Below are positions 1 through 15,000 of a stretch of DNA of 64,000 nucleotides, in pieces. This stretch comes from Takakia lepidozioides (lineage: Eukaryota > Plantae > Bryophyta): positions 61,256,001 through 61,320,000 of the forward strand of contig CM060731.1 of assembly GCA_030704615.1 (NCBI GenBank), given 5' to 3'. Under the pieces are notes generated by a model. It was not told where the DNA came from. It was given only the letters and a program-made list of their open reading frames with translations, and made no database searches. A program made the translations under genes and the position numbers. The first letter of the stretch is position 1. Each line of letters opens with the position of its first letter.

Positions 1-9
1 TATACATAC

Positions 10-3000
10 CAACGACTTCGCGGATGCGTTCATTTTGTATGGCAAGATCTTGCATGTTTTCCCGTAGGAGTCGATTTTCGGCTTCAAGCTCCAGACTCTT
101 TCCATGCTCAAGCTTCTCCCCAGTGCCCAGTGGCATTAATCTCTCTGCGATCATCGCACATTCTTATGAATATATCACATTTCCATCCAAAATGCCTCTC
201 TAGGAAATACAGTGGAAACGTGGCCAAGTCATTTGCTGCTCCATGACTTAGTGGTGAAACTTGAGCTGGACTTATAGAAGAGGGAAAGATCTTAGAAAAC
301 CAGACCTGTCCTCCCTCTAGAGATATTGACAAGAAGCTTCTATTTGTTGGAGGTGTCAAGGCTATAGCCCTTAAACGGCACTCTGAGAACAGAATGGGAC
401 GGGTAGCTCAGTGGTAGAGTACACCACCAGAATGGGGGAGGTCCTTAGGTTCAATCCCTAGCCCGACAACACGCCAGTGGTTTTCCAACACTATTCACAA
501 GCAGCAGTACAAAAGCTTGACAGCTGAATAATACAGGAATTAGCTAGTACTAACAAGAAGAGAAAACTAGAGCCTGGAAGCTCCCATATGCATGCTCCCT
601 ACCACAAAAGAAAGCTAATAGGGTTGACTGCAGATTCTCCTCCTCTCTGCAATCTACAGGGATAGCACATCAACTGACATGCTAGAAGAAGTACTGGGCC
701 TTGCCTCAGCCTTTCCTTAAAAATCCTACACAGGTTCTCTGGAACCTTCTGGTAGGAACCATCCTTAGCCGTCAAAAAACGCTAACAGAACCCTAGCTAA
801 CAATCCCAATGGTTAAGTAAATCTGAGGTGACTTTCAAAAGAAAGATATGCATTTTTATAATTCAAGACTGAAACTAACTGGAGACAAGGGGGGCAAGTG
901 AGACCATGTGTTCTTTTGAATGTTTTTGGCTTGTATAGGTTGATGTGGTATTTCCTCTCAAAGTGAAAAAGAGAGGGGAAAGAAGAGAGTAGTTTATTAT
1001 ATCAAAAGAAGACAAAATATTAAATTACCTTCATCGTCCAAAAAGACTGGAGACATAAGAGGGGAAGGAGCTGGAAAGGACGAGCCCCCACTGCTGGCCA
1101 TAGTCCTGCCTGTTGGAGCCTGTTGTGGCAAGCCTAATCATGTAAACAAACCTGGCACACCTTTTCTAAAGTTTGTTGCCTTATGTCAGGCAGTACCCAG
1201 AGAGGATCTCAACCGTCCCACAGTTACACAAAATCTGTCCAAACCCTCTCCAAGCAGGAAATCCAAAGGATTAACTTGATGTCCTATAAGATAGCTTGAT
1301 ATAAAATTGAAATGAACCTTGACTGGACTGTGGCAGCATAACATACAGACAGCATAACATAAGATAGAGATGGAAGGCCATTTCTTACAATATCTTGCTG
1401 ATTTAGTTGCTGATAGCCGCTGCTCCTTACCACCTCCTTCTGCTCAAAGCACAACCTCACAGAAGGTCAAGTACTGATATAATGACATGAATTATCTGGA
1501 AGCTCAGGGGGCAGGCACATGAGATCTATGCAGCTTGCTAGCACATCATACCAGAGGCCCTGCTCCCAAAGCTTTACAGCACTGGTTAAACATCAGGTGC
1601 ATGACACATGACATAACTTGGCAAGAGTAAAGCTGGCCTTCAGAAATGATTGACTTATATACCTGGAGAGCCAGGTAGCGAGAATGAAGTGCACTGTGTG
1701 CTGCTTCCCATTGAGATGCCTGATTCTTCAATTCCTATTTGAAACACAACACATTTCACAAATTGCACATCATCACCAGCTTATCAAACAATAGCAAGTA
1801 AAAACCTACAATGCCCACAGGAGGCCCAAAGAGGGTGTGTGGGAACCAGCCTAAGTATGAAGATATACACCCGTGCTTGCCCTACCATTCTGGGAAGTGC
1901 ATTTGACGGCAACTGAAACCTAGATCTACTGTTCTGAGATGAAGAAGAAATAGAATGTACTCATAAGACGTTGTTTGCCGTAGCCTTGTGGCCGATGAAG
2001 AAGATAGAGAGGGAGAAAGAAAAAAGTCCACAGGAAGCCCAAAGAGGAGAGAGACATCGCCGCAGGGGCTTGAATTAACAAAAGAAGAAAGAGGACAGAA
2101 TTGAGAATCTTTGCTAGAATACAAGGGCAAAAAGTGACCAAAATGAAAGTCTGGAGTGTGCAGGACTATCTCCATTTTTGGGATTTATTTAATTAATAGT
2201 CATCAGAAACAGTGCATAAAACAGGATGACAAGAGAACAGGCCTAGGAAACCTCTAGCCGATGCTCTTGCAACTGGGCAGTCTTGCGGGCACAAAACTCT
2301 GTCTCTTCCAGCTGCTTTTTGAGGAGAGCTTCCTTTCGTGCCATCTCTGCTTCAATGCCCCTCATCTGGAACATGAGTAACTTCTATCAAACATCTCTAT
2401 CTCGAAAGTCAGTTGAGGAGTAGAGAGCAAGCTTGAAATGGTCTAAAAAAAGAGCAGGTGAAGCCTGAAACAACTCTAATATGAGCTTCACGATCTCTGA
2501 TGGATAGTTTTCCTTATACACTAGCTCAAGGGCTTTTTAACAGCCAGCATAGGCTGTATTTCAACTTAACAGTAGGTTGTCTACCTCTATCCAGCAAGTT
2601 GGGATGAAGTATGTGTATTAAATTGATAATACACTTCACTAAGAGGATAGAAGTTTTCATTGACCACTCCCTGCTATGTATAGGGTCACTCTCTGATGAC
2701 AATAACCCAGACATTGTATCAGAAAATGGATCTTGTCTTCAGGCCGCCTGCACATTGGCATTGACATCTCCCTTCTCTCTCTGCATCCGTTTATTGTTCT
2801 GAGGTAGACTCCCCACCCTGAGTTCAAATATCAGTCTAGTTCCGAGGGTAGGTAGGCCCGTCAGATCATCCTTAAGGTCCTCACCCAAGTCACAAACTGG
2901 ACACAAGTTCATGGAATGCTTAACTTCATTTTTGTTTGGACATTCTTCATGCTTCCGAAACAGCAAAGTCAGTTCCATCTAGCAGAATCAATTCTTCCTG

Positions 3001-6000
3001 CCTAATATTAAGGTACTTGAAAATCTCCTCTACCTTTTTCCACCAGGACTTCAGGACGCTCTTGCTTCCAAGAAATAGAGTCCATCATCTTAGGGTATCT
3101 GGTATTAGGCATGCGATTCAAGTGACCCAACCATCTGACCTTGGACTTATCACGTCGAGAGCTCAAGGGTGGTACCCCAAACTCATCCCAACCTCTAGAG
3201 CACGAGAATATATTCTAGAGTTTTAGCATGGTTAGAGATGCCATCCAACACAGCATATGCATCCTCCAAGGTAGGCCTAATAACGATGCAAAGTATGGTC
3301 CTTTTAACTTCAGTATTGATCCCTCTGCAGTGGAAAAATAGAGATTGAGAGAGAGAAACGGAGTTCCGTAATATCAAGACTAGTTAGGTCCTAGATTTAG
3401 TTCCTGAAGATTTATGACATCATACCACCTGAAAAATGTTCAGCCCTTTGAACATACATCTTTAATATATGTCATGCCCTACCATACAAACCAGATTTCG
3501 AGCTGTTATGTAGTCCAAGATCAAGCCAAGCTATAGAATAGCATTCAGGTTGTATACACCTCCATGCTCAATTTCCTTGGAACAAACTCATGTTAGCCAT
3601 GTCAAGTTTCATGGCTATTGTGGAGTTCATGCAAGGGTCTGATAGAGTGTCTCAGCACTGCCTGACAGAAAGGTCCTAAATTCTGTCTACCAGCAATATG
3701 ACCAGAAAATACTACATGATCAATTGTGTCAAAGCTTAGAAGAGCGCAGGTGGAAGATTTGAATTACTAGTGCTGCAAGCCTTCCCTACTTCTACACTTG
3801 TAATCTAAGACAATTCACTTTGGAAGATGGGGACCGGGCTTAAAATGAGGCCTTCCGACCTACTCTTGCAACCTTATCTGAAGATATGAATTTCACCATA
3901 AAGCCACTTTAAGTGCTAGTGATAGCTCATAGACCAAGAGCCCTCAGTTCTTTCTTGCCTTCACTTCCTTGTATGTTTAGCATCTAAAGAAAGTGATGCC
4001 GCCTCACCTAGTGCCTAGAGACAGAGAATTGCCAGTGAAAAGATGAAAAGGATGAATATGGCCACCTTTTCTCCAAACTCTGAAATTTGATCTATATTCT
4101 GGGTCTCTGCATTCTCCCACTTGGCACTGAGTATCCCAATCTCCTCTGTCTGCAAAATCCCGTAAAGGTCAAGCGTGGGTTGTTGTACAACATCACAGCT
4201 AAACATACATTAATAAACTCGGTTATCAACCGCCTCTCTCCCTGTTCCATTCAACCCACATTTCCAGTCTCTAAAGGATAGCACAATTTTCGTTGAAAGC
4301 ATCCATCTAGCTTTCACTGCAAATTTGTTTCTCAGATTGGCAAATCCAAGACAGAAATGAAAGCGCTGACTGTCTGTAGGCCTACATTTGTGGTGAATAC
4401 TTGCATCAAATAGATGGCAAAAAAGGAGCTTTCTTGAGAAAAGCTAGTGGTCCGAATCAACTCCAAATTTCAATAGCAAGTGAAATTACCCACTGCAGTG
4501 AACGATATGCTCGCACTTATGAATTGCTGTTGAGTGAGACATGCAGACTATTAACAACACTTCACCTGTTGTTGTGGTCACACAGAAACATCTAAAAGTG
4601 TCTCGGTACTAGTCTAAAGTGAGTATTCATAACTTAGAAGTAAATTTTACGACATCATAATGCCATCTCAAATTCCTTATTGTGATTTTATTTGGTATTA
4701 TTATTTGACAAGAAAATGAAGCTTAAGTACTTCCTGTATATAATAGATTGTTTGAAATGCGACGATAATTACACCAAGAAGGAATATTTATGGTAGGGAG
4801 GAGGGCAGAAAAGATGGATGAGTTACAATGATGGTCTAGAGATGCAAAACAAGGGCAAAAGAAAAGAAATGTCGAAGAAGCACTTTTGGTATAGAATGAC
4901 CCACAAAAGTGACCCAAATTCATTATCAATTGGACAAAAATTGGTAGATGAAAGAGATTGTTGGCTCCTACCGAAGCAAGCGTAACTTATGGTGTCACTT
5001 CACCCCGAAGGACTACTGCCTTCTGTTTGGAAGATGAAAGAGAAATACTACCATCATATTCCTGCAAGGTCCAAGAAATAAGAGGTTTGATATCTATGTA
5101 CTACAAATAGACTCTCCCTCTTCCGAGTTACTCGTCAATGTTTTAGCCAACATTCAACAAACTGTCAATAAGTATATTCTCCAGAGTTGAGAATCACTCA
5201 GAGTATCAGCAACATACCAGTTGGGTCATCCGCTGCTGATGGTGGGATTCCAGCTGCTGCAATTGGCTGCTGAGACGTTTGGTTTCCCGGTCAGCCTCTG
5301 ACTCCTCTATATGCAGCTGTTTGAGCTGCTTTGTTAAGGTCTGCATGAATTCACGCAATGCATAATTTCGTAAGGCACACTCTGATCACGCACTTCTTTG
5401 TCGTCTTATACAAGCTCTGTAGGCTGCAGTTCTACTCTGTCCAAAGGACCCTCAGGCATTTCCTTCATCTCTTTGTCTTGTGATTACAATAGCGGGCAAG
5501 ACAAACTTTATTCAATAACCTTGATTTAATGTTTACTGTGCTCTTCTACTTGTGCCCCGAGTGCATCCGAGGGATTGACAAATTTGGTTTTCATTCTTTT
5601 GTCCCCTGAGGTCCCCAATGGCAGCTATAAAGAAATTATTTTCTTTTTACAGGAGGGAAGAGGAAAACAGGCCAGATCAAACTTCAAAACTTGAACCATA
5701 GGCCTCCCAAAGATACGACTAATTACTTTCTTTCTGAGCAACAGTTCTTATCTCTGACTCTGGTTTCCTGTTTTCTCTCATGTTTTTCTTTTCATTTTGT
5801 CCCATAAGCTCTCTGAGCTTTCCGCAGACGTTATAAAGAACCATTTCATTTCATTTCATTTCTTTCTTCCTATCGAGAGACATTCTTGATTCTAGGTAAC
5901 GACAGGTGGGAAAATCTGCAATGTGAAGACCGACTATGCCCCACTTGCGCTGGGGACTACAAGGACATGGAAAGTGAAGAGCATTTCTTCTTTCACTGCC

Positions 6001-9000
6001 CTTCATACTATGAGATCTGTGGGAGATTCAACTGTCTATTCCAGGATACCCAATCCCTCAGAGGTCTTCCATTACGAGGATCAGAAATGCGTGGCAGCTT
6101 ACCCGCATGAAGGATAGTCTCTTAGACAATCCCTTGAGCTTTAGTTGCTTTTAGGCAGTTTTTGGCCCCTCTCTCTTGTTCTTTCTTCCGCCTTAGCAAA
6201 ACCAAGATCATGGTTTTCAATGGGCAGGCTGACCGCAAATTCTTCCTCAACAATCGGGAGGTTGAGATAGTCAAATCCTACCGGTACCTGGGTCTGGTTA
6301 TCCACTCCCCCAAATTCCAGTTTGCAGCAACTGCCCTGGACAGATTGACAAAAGGCAAGCCAGCCTCCATCCGCCTTCTGGCCAAATGCAAACAGATACA
6401 CTTGCGCCATCCACCGACCAAGAAGTGGCTGTTTGATAGCGTGGTCACCCCAAATGCCACTTTCGGTTGTGAATTCTGGGCACCTGCGGTCCCAGTTTCC
6501 TGGCGGGAAAAGAATCTGGAACCATTGCAGTCATCTTTCCTCCAAGCAATGCTTGGCGCCAGAGGCACAACTCCATCTCACATACTGAATGCAGAATTCG
6601 CCTGTGTGCCACTTCAAACTGAGGCCCTCTTCCGTCTTACAATTTTCCTGCATAGGTTCCAACCCCCTCCCCCAAGGGGCTTGTGGCCAGGGCCCTCACA
6701 ACATCTATCAGACTTAAAAATGCAGGCTTCAAACAATCCTGGTATGCGTGTGTGGATACCTTTTTTGAACGTCATGGACTCTCTATTGCTTCACTATTGC
6801 CAGTGAATCCAGAAGGGGTGGACATCACATCCAAGCACGACCGCAACCAACTCATTAGAAAGGAGCTCATGGAGCTACATGTCAGGAGAACTTGGAAGTT
6901 ACCCAACCTCACGACAAAGCTCCATTTCTATCGAGAAAAATTCTTGGTTCTCCGAGATGATAGAATCTTGCGGCCCAATTACCTTTCGGCCTCTTCTCTC
7001 CTGAGGGCTTTGGGGCAGTTCAGGGTGGGCTCCCACAACCTACGGATAGAGACTGGCAGATGGGAAAACCTGCAGCGGGAGGACAGCCTCTGTCCAGCTT
7101 GCACAGGGGGCAACCAGGAAATTGAAACTGAAGAACACTTCTTCTACTGCCCTCTATACTATGAGATCCGTGGGAGATTCCATTGTCTATTCAGTGGAAC
7201 CCAATCTCTCACTGAGGTCTTTCACTATGAGGATCAGAAATGCTTGGCAGCCTACCTGCACGAGGCATTTGCCCTTCGACAATCACTTGAACAATAGTTG
7301 TTATCTCTGACTCTGGTTTCCTGTTTTCTCTCATGTTTTTCTTTCCATTTTGTCCCATAAGCTCTATGAGCTTTCCGCGGACGTTATAAAGAACCATTTC
7401 ATTTCATTTCCGCCTATGCCCAGGTTGCACCGGGCACAACCAGGAAATTGAAACTGAAGAACACTTCTTCTTTTATTGCCCTCTATATTATGAGATCCGT
7501 GGGATATTCCACTAGTGTCTATTCCGCAGAACTCGATCCCTCACTGAAGTCTTCCACTATGAGGATCAGAAATGCTTGGCAGATTACCTGCACAAGGCCT
7601 TGACCCTTAGACAATCCCTTGAGCAATAGTTGCTTTTGGGCTGTTTTTTGGCTCTGGTTTTGTTTCCTCCCTCTTGTTTTTTCCATTTTGTCCCATAAGC
7701 TCTTTGAGCTTTCTGCGGACGTTATAAAGTACCATACCATTTCATTTCATTTCATTTCCTTGTCCCATGAACTCTTTGAGCTTCCCGCAGACATTATAAA
7801 ATACCATTTCATTTCATTTCCCTCCTTGTCCCTAAGAATTTTTTCCCGAGGGCCCTCTGGGCTGCCTATGGACATAATAAATTTCTCTTCTTCTCGAGTT
7901 ACTCCACGTAGCTGACACTCAGCTTGAGAGGCTTCAGACCCACTCAGAGCCGTACCCTCAGTGGGTCGTAATTCAATGCCAAGGTGAAACGTGTCCTTGG
8001 GGAAAATTTGAATACACCTATAAGTCAGATTGATAGAATGGTCCACATGAGAGTTGTAAACCTGAAGCTCTTTGTCTTGCACATCAATTTGCGCCATCAG
8101 CTCATTTTCCTGAAAGAGGTCATGTCAGGTCAAAATATGTGCCAGTGTAAGCCAAACATGTGAAACTCTAGAAATTGTTTGCACATTTTGAAGAAAGTAA
8201 AAGCAGAGCTATTAAGCCGTGATCACTAGCAGCAGCTATGTCTGATTCCATGACAATGCTCCCATGTGCTACACAATGGAAGGACAGGCCAGGAGCAGCA
8301 TTGTGCCACCCAAAGGGAGGGACCCACATGAGGAAGACTAGTGCTCCCTGGAGGCAGCACTATCTTGCATCATTTTGCACCTTGATCGGTGTGTCCAGGG
8401 CCTGATCTCCCCAAAACTCCTGGGCACAGCTACCATTTCTCAAGAATTGCAACAGAGCCAGGGGGTATGAAAGGAGGAGATAAACGGTCTCTACAGAACG
8501 ACACACTATCCCAATCACAACAAGACTAGCCTATATTGATTTGAATGAAGAATTTGCAGGTGCAGAACCCACAGGAACAACATCAATAGCACTAGGGCTC
8601 AACAATACTGTGGCAAGGGAATACCACATGACTAATCAGGAGGGTTAGTTTCTGGAGAAAGCATGCCCTCATGTGTTAGCAGGTATATCTTACATGTAGA
8701 AGTGCATGATTAAATTAAAAAAAAATTATATCCTACCCTCTCGTGCTGCTGTTGCTCTCTTGTAGCGGCCGCGTCCATCACTTTCTGCTGCCTGACAACT
8801 GCAGTTTTCATATCTTCCTCCTTTCCCACAGAATCCAACCGACCAACATATCATCGAACCTTGGGTATCGAAGGAGAGACAGACAGGCATTTTTAGCATT
8901 GACACAGGGCCCTGATGACATCAAAAGAGAGAGCACTGCAATTAACATATAGGAAGCAAATGGACTCCCCTTCACAAGTCCCACTGTATATCATCCACAA

Positions 9001-12000
9001 GTACCAGCTTCAACCAGCTCCTACCCTATGTAGTTTAAGCAAGTGCACAAGAGGGGAAGATGAAGTAAATACAAGCTGAGCAACGAGCGCCTTGGTTGAC
9101 TGAAGTTTCTGAGTAGTCTCATCCAACTGAGCCTGCACCTATACAACCCCATACAATTTCTGACTACATGTACTGTCATTTTGTGGTGTCTTTGTGTCGA
9201 TCCTCCCAAAGGAAGGGTAACTTTTCTTCCATTCTTCTCCTCCTCCTTTGGAAGTGCTACAAACACAACCAGATTTGCACGTGCACAATCATCCTATTTG
9301 TATTGAAACCCTTCTCTATCCACGAAGGAGCAACTCTCCTTGCCAACTGTAAGGAAGAAAACCAGCTGTGAATCTGCAAGAAGAAAAGACAGTTGAAGGA
9401 ACCAAATGAGATTCCAAGAGAGAGACCTGAATTTTATGAGTTTGTTTTCTTAAATTCTCTTGAAACTGAACCTCCATGTCCTTCCGTTGCTTCTCTATAT
9501 CCTTCCTCTGCTTCTGCAACTCCTGCTGCTTTTCTGCAGTTTGCCGAATAAGCTCTGGCAAGGAAACTCATATTACACTCGGATTGATACAATTGAAGTG
9601 ATTCAATTTCTGTCCTGCTTGCACATAGAAGCTCTAGCTTCCCGATCTTTAGTAAAAACGCACTTGGAAGACTGCTATTCAACAGAAACCCTGTGGCTAT
9701 CACTTCCTGTGGTTCTGGGACAATCTATTGCTCATCAATATGATCTGCAATAGGACTTGCAGATCATTGCAAGTCTCATTTCAAGCATGCCACTGTGCCA
9801 GATATAAACCAAATGGTGCTTACCCCAGAAGCAAGTTAGTCCAAATGACCATTTCATTGGATTTGGATAGTGTGTATTATTTCTTTTAGTATATTTTTTG
9901 TGAAATTATGAGTCTTCATGTCCCGTTATTGAGGACCTCCTGTGAGGGTAATACGTCATCTGGAGGCTTTACCAGGATTAAATAATAAAACACCCCTGTC
10001 AGACTATGGTTTCATTACTGCTTTGTAAACAAGGATAGGAAGGGGCACGGGGCCAGAAAGGAAGATCAGAGTGCTTCATATGCAGAAATACCAACTGTGA
10101 GCCAAGATCATTCTCATTCACTCTCAAAGTGGATGTACTTCTGAGGGTAGTACCAGCAGAGGTGGACTCCAACTCTTGTTTCAATTTGGCTTGCATCTCA
10201 TCTTTTGATGCTCGAAAGCTTTCCACCTGCAGAGACATACATGTACTCATCAAACACGGCTGCCATAGCCTCTGCCATGAAACCCATGTCCCGTTCAGAA
10301 GAAGAGTATTAAGAAGCATACCCTGCAACCATTTGGTCATAACAAAAGACCTGTTTTGAGTGCAATGGACTCACCATTGCTTCCCTACTGCCAACATTGG
10401 GGAGGTTCAAGGTGGGCTCCGACAGTCTGCAAATAGAGACTGATAGGTGGGATAATCTGCAACGTGACGACGGCCTATGCTCCGCTTGCGCTGGGAACTA
10501 CAGGACAAGTTAAAGTGAAGAGCATTTCTTCTTTCACTGCCCTTTATACTGCGAGATCCGTGAGAGATGCAACTGTCCATTACAGGATACCCAATCTCTC
10601 ACGGAGGTCTTCCATTACAAGGATCAGAAATGCTTGGCAGATTACCTTCACGAAGCATTGACTCTTAGACAACCCCTTGAGCTATAGTTGCTTTTAAGCT
10701 GCTTGTGGCCCCTCTCTCTTTCTTGTTTCTTTCTTTCTCTTGTTTCTCTTGAAACATGCCTAGCGTCAATCCTCCCCTCCATCATGAATCTACCATCTAA
10801 TAATGACAAGGCTTCCACTCACGCTCTTTGGGACTCAGCCCTGCGATCCTTCCCAGTCACCCTCCCATCTACCTCCTCACCTTTCTCCACTCATAGCCAT
10901 GCACCATTCTATGACGAAGAATGCAAAGTTGCTAGACGTCACATCAAATCTCTGCTCCTTGATATCCATTCTTCTCCAGATTCCCAAAAACCTAGCTCTC
11001 AAGCACTATAAGTCCCTCATTAGATCCAAAAAGAGAGCCTACACTCTCAAGCTGCAATACACTTGTAAAGGTCAGGCTTTCTCCTCGTTCCTTTTGGTCC
11101 ATCCTTCAACCTCACAGATACCCACCCCCAATCACTGACATTCACGTCTGGCATGAGTATGCTCAGTCATTGTAACGCTCCCCGAGCCAATCTCTCTTTC
11201 CCCTAACCTCCAAACCCCTACACTTCTCTTTCTTCACTACAACCAATGTCAGCAAGGCAGTCATTGCAAAATGGCAGGGCATTGGATACATCAGCTACAA
11301 AGAAAATTCATCAAGCATGCGGCAACAATTTTGGCCCCATTTACAGCACACCTCTTCAATGAAGCAGTGCAACATGGCTTTCCAACAGAGTGACAAAGAG
11401 CCCCATCCACCCCCTCTTCAACAGCGGTGACAGGCTCGCACCGACCAACTATTGCACAATTATGGTGTATCCGTTACTGGCTAAACTGTTTGGGCAATAG
11501 TGGCCATGGAACTGGATGATTGGGCTGTATCCTCTCACATGTGTGCTATGGGGCAACCAGGTTTCCGTCGCAACAGATCCACTCTTGACCACATTTTCAC
11601 TTTTCAGACTATGGTAGAACATGCAAGCTATGACAAAAAAAATGGTGTATGTTTACTTCCTAGACTTTCGAAAGGCTTTTGATTCGGTTCCTCGAGATCA
11701 TTTCCACCGGCTCCATACGTGCCACATCAAACCGAGGCCCTCTTCCAGCTTACAATCTTTCTTAAGAGGTTACAAGCCCTTCCACCCAACGGGCAAGAGC
11801 CCTCGCACCCTCTATTAGGCTCAAAACAGCAGGTTTCAGGCACTCCTGGTATGCTCGACTGTGCAGTTTTTTTGAGCGCAATGGAATCACTATTGCTTCA
11901 CTATTGCCACAAAATCCAGAAGGGGTGGAAATCGCAATCAAACAGGATCGTAACAGACTCATTAGAATGGAAGTTATGGAACTACATGTCAGGTGAACTT

Positions 12001-15000
12001 GGAAGCTACCCAACCTCCTACCCAACCGAACTCCAATTCTATCGAGAGACATTCTTGGTTATCCGTGACGATAGAATCTTCACCTTACTGGCTTAATTAC
12101 CTTTCGGCGCCTTTATCTCCTTCCCTCCTGAGGGCATTGGGGTGGTTCAGGGTGGGCTCCCACAATCTACGGATAGAGACTTGCAGATGGAAAACCTGCA
12201 ACGGGAGGACCGCCTATGCCCAGCTTGCACCGGGGGCAACCAGGAAATTGAAATTGAAGAACACTTCTTTTATTGCCCTCTATATTATGAGATCCGTGGG
12301 AGATTCCACTGTCTACTCCGTGGAACTCCATCTCTAACTGAAGTAACTCAATGGCCACAAGGCTACGGCAAACAACGTCTTATGAGTACAATCTAACTGA
12401 AGTTTACCACTACGAGGATCAGAAATGCTTGACAGCTTACCTGCACGAGGCCTTGACCCTTAGACAATCCCTTGAGCAGTAGTTGCTTTTAGGCTCTGGT
12501 TTTGTTCCTCTCTTGTTTTTTCCATTTTGTCCCATAAGCTCTTTGAGCTTTCCGCGGACGTTACAAAGTACCATTTCATTTCATTCCATTTCCTACCCCA
12601 TAAACTCTTTGGGCGTCCTGCAGACATTATAGTACCATTTCATTTCCTTTCTCTTTCCCCCATGTGCCTCTCTTCCTCTTCCTCTTCTTTACTTTTGAAT
12701 CGAAGCTTTACTGGTGATCAGGAGCTTTTTGAGCAAAATGTCGAGTGAACCATTTTTTCATCTTCCAACACTGGTATGGGCCTCAATCTGCTCTTTTTCC
12801 TGTTGTCTCCGACCCAATTTTCTAGGCAAAGGGTGCTTAATAGGACCAAAAGGTTATATAAAGCGGTCAAATAAGTACACCCCTTTTCATCTCTGAAACA
12901 CATACACATTCACCAAATTGAGAAAGATATCAGACTGTATACCAATTTGTCACACCTTCAAGCATATTTGGAAGGCAGGGCAATGAAGACTGATGAAGTA
13001 GAGAACGTACTCATAAGACGTTGTTTGCCGTAGACTTGTGGCCATTGACCCCGCGCCCAGTTTGAGCGGAACACAAAGGGACAGAACCTACCGGCTGCGC
13101 CGGTAGTAAGACTTACCTTGGAATAAACAATTGATCTGGGTTTTCCAGATATCCTCTAGAAATCCCTTTACACAAGCGTCACCCTGCTGTCTGTGGTTTG
13201 CCCAATAACTAGGCCCTAAAAGGGCCTGGGCTTTTGGCTCAGCCTCGTAATGAATCAGAAACTGCATATTGCCTTCAGGTTGCCTGAACAGCGGGCAATT
13301 ACACTCTCCCTTTCCTCTCTGCTTCTGTTTGCTGTGCAAAGGTAGGCTTCCCACCCTGAGTTTAATTTTCAGTCTAGTGTCGAGAGTGGGTAGACCCTTG
13401 AGGTCATCCATGATGGCCTCCCCCATGTCACAGACTGGAAACAAGTTCAGGGAAGTTTTCTGCCTAACTTCATTTTCATCAGACAATTTCCTGGCAACAG
13501 ACATGGCTTTGGACACTACAGCCTCTAAGCCAGATTTATCCAGCAGGGTCAAGACTTGAGAATCTCTTCTACTCTCTTCCGCCAGGACTTAGCCTGTTTG
13601 ACAGGGTCATCCTGTTTCCAAGATATAGAGTCGATTAACTTAGGATATCTGATGTTGGACATATGTTGCAGCTGACGCCACCACCTGACCTTGAATTCAT
13701 CTCATCGGGAGCTTAAGGAAGGGATGCCAAACTCACCCTGAACAGCCACATTGGCTGTCTTGGAGCATGCTGACATGCACTCCTTAAGCAACCCCACTTG
13801 AATGGATTCTAGAGACTTAGCCTGGTTGGAGTTATCAACCCATATTGCAGATGCGTACTCCAAGGCAGGTCTCATAACACGACAAAGCATGGTTTTCTTG
13901 ACCTCAGAGTTGATCCCTCTGCAGTGGAAAAATTTAGTGAGACCCAGCGCTTTGAGCTTTGCCAGTTTGAACAACTTTCTGAATATGTGCATCCCAAGTA
14001 TAGTTGGAGGAAAACTCAATGCCAAGGTATGTGTAGGAAGGGAGGACTGGAATCTCTTGGCTTCCCCACTGCCACTTGAGATCACCTCCTCCCTCTCCTT
14101 GGTCGTGGAGGACTAAAATGATCCCCTTTCGTTGCCAATAGGGGGTCATTGTCAATCTATACAAGAAGGGTGACAGAGAAGAACCGGGGAACTACCGAGG
14201 CATCATGCTCCTCAATGGAGTTGGCAAGATATTTTGCAGAGTTATAAGTACTTGTCTCAAGGTTGATCTGGAATCTAGAGGTTGTTTCCACGAAGGCCAA
14301 GCTGGCTTTCGGTGAAACAGGGGCTGTGTGGATCTTTTCTTCACTCTAAGCCAGATATCCAGGGAAGGAAAAAAGAAGGGAAATCCACTTTTGTTTTTTT
14401 CTTGGCCGACGTCGGAAAGACTTATGATACAGTGTGGAGAGATGGTCTATGGCTCCGACTCTGGTCATGTGGGATCATGGGAAAGATGTGGAGAGTTGTC
14501 CATAACTTGTATGCAGCTCACACCAAAAGTTGTGTTAATGTTAATGGATCTTTGGCATAGACCAAGGTGTAGCTCAAGGATGCACCTTCTCCCCTCTGCT
14601 CTTCAATGTTTTCGTCAATCAACTCCTCGAGGATGTGGAAAGTGAGGGATTTGGGTTAACGGTCGGTGATGCCACCATACCAGCCCTTATGTTTGCGGAT
14701 GACTTCGCAGGCATAGGGGAGACTCCTTCCAATCTCCAGGAGTTGATTGATTGCGCAAAGAGATACTTTGACCTTTGGGGGCTAGAGGCTAATGTCAGAA
14801 CATGTGCAGTGGTTAAAGAGAAGTACAAGGGCCTCTATCATGGGATCGCCACCATGCAATATGATAAGCTCGTTGACTATGCCATCAGGTCCACCAGCTT
14901 TAAATCAGTTTAAATGCTCAATTGCTTCCACGATCTCAGAAGAACTAATGGGAGTGTTATAAGCACTGATGAAGTAGACAAACGATGGACATGGAGACGA

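Noticed and set aside
12989-13002. CTGATGA as a hammerhead ribozyme core (also ~14966, ~2693, ~8912)
   Set aside because: No flanking stems or correctly placed GAAA seen; two of the occurrences are simply a TSD.
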